Source: an uncultured Anaeromyxobacteraceae bacterium
Lineage (GTDB): Bacteria; Myxococcota_A; UBA9042; DTJE01
Direction of reading: 5' to 3'
Length of the DNA: 24,737 nucleotides
Assembly: GCA_964531595.1 (NCBI GenBank)
Contig: CAZHDQ010000001.1
Location: 1 to 24,737 of the forward strand
The notes beneath the pieces were generated by a model that was given only the letters and a program-made list of their open reading frames with translations, was not told the origin of the DNA and made no database searches. Shown in pieces: positions 24,566-24,737 of this stretch. Position 1 is the first letter of the stretch. Every line of letters begins with the position of its first letter. The position numbers and the translations under genes are program-made.

Positions 24566-24737
24566 TCAGGCCGACGGCCAGCCGCCAAGGCCACGGACCA
24601 GTACGTGGGCGCCCAGCGGCACGCCGGCATGGTCCGCGATCACCTCGCACTTCGCCCGGAACAGGAAGCACAAGGGGGCATCTACATCGCTAAGGGTCTC
24701 GTAATTGCCCTGCCCCTTGGCGATGACCAGGTCAGCA
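24566..24737 (-). CDS. 3' end of a DUF89/ARMT1-like damage-control phosphatase (partial)
   Basis: Manual translation ADLVIAKGQGNYETLSDVDAPLCFLFRAKCEVIADHAGVPLG..., stop TGA at 24566-24568. KGQGNYE and AKC are the DUF89 C-terminal motifs. Confidence 0.85.
   Translation of the reverse strand, partial: ADLVIAKGQGNYETLSDVDAPLCFLFRAKCEVIADHAGVPLGAHVLVRGLGGWPSA

Noticed and set aside
22900-24630. 576-aa antisense ORF opposite ada and the deacetylase (likewise 4358-5509, 15187-16383, 13016-14116, 1711-2559)
   Set aside because: Each lies fully opposite a well-supported gene and has no motifs; typical of high-GC DNA.

Overview
GC-rich bacterial DNA. The gene content (many acidic Cys-anchored lipoproteins, a long atypical radical SAM protein, a peptidoglycan-binding-domain metallopeptidase) suggests a Myxococcota/'Deltaproteobacteria'-like organism, but that is inference only. 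The window is a mosaic. (1) 1-5512: a divergent envelope locus with a FadL/OmpP1 beta-barrel, a Ca-binding-motif lipoprotein, and a ~913-aa lipoprotein whose C-terminal half reads like a tandem BPI/LBP/PLTP (TULIP) lipid-transfer fold. (2) 5575-8401: a short FliA-like sigma factor lacking region 3, an intergenic array of six alternating 23-bp direct repeats, and a WecD-like GNAT coupled to an Lnb/DUF4105-like protein. (3) A 947-aa radical SAM protein with a CX5CX2C motif and a DUF483-like Cys-rich domain. (4) A CurA/YncB-type oxidoreductase behind a perfect 10-bp inverted repeat, then a flavodoxin-FGE fusion lipoprotein. (5) An SPS-SPP plus sucrose synthase operon. (6) A PG-binding/HExxH metallopeptidase paired with a small lipoprotein (effector-immunity-like), followed by an IS701 remnant and a frameshifted orphan gene tail. 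(7) An AraC/Ogt alkylation-repair gene, an HDAC/APAH-family deacetylase and the 3' end of a DUF89/ARMT1-like gene. No rRNA, tRNA or CRISPR array was recognised. All family assignments come from motif recognition by eye; no searches were run.
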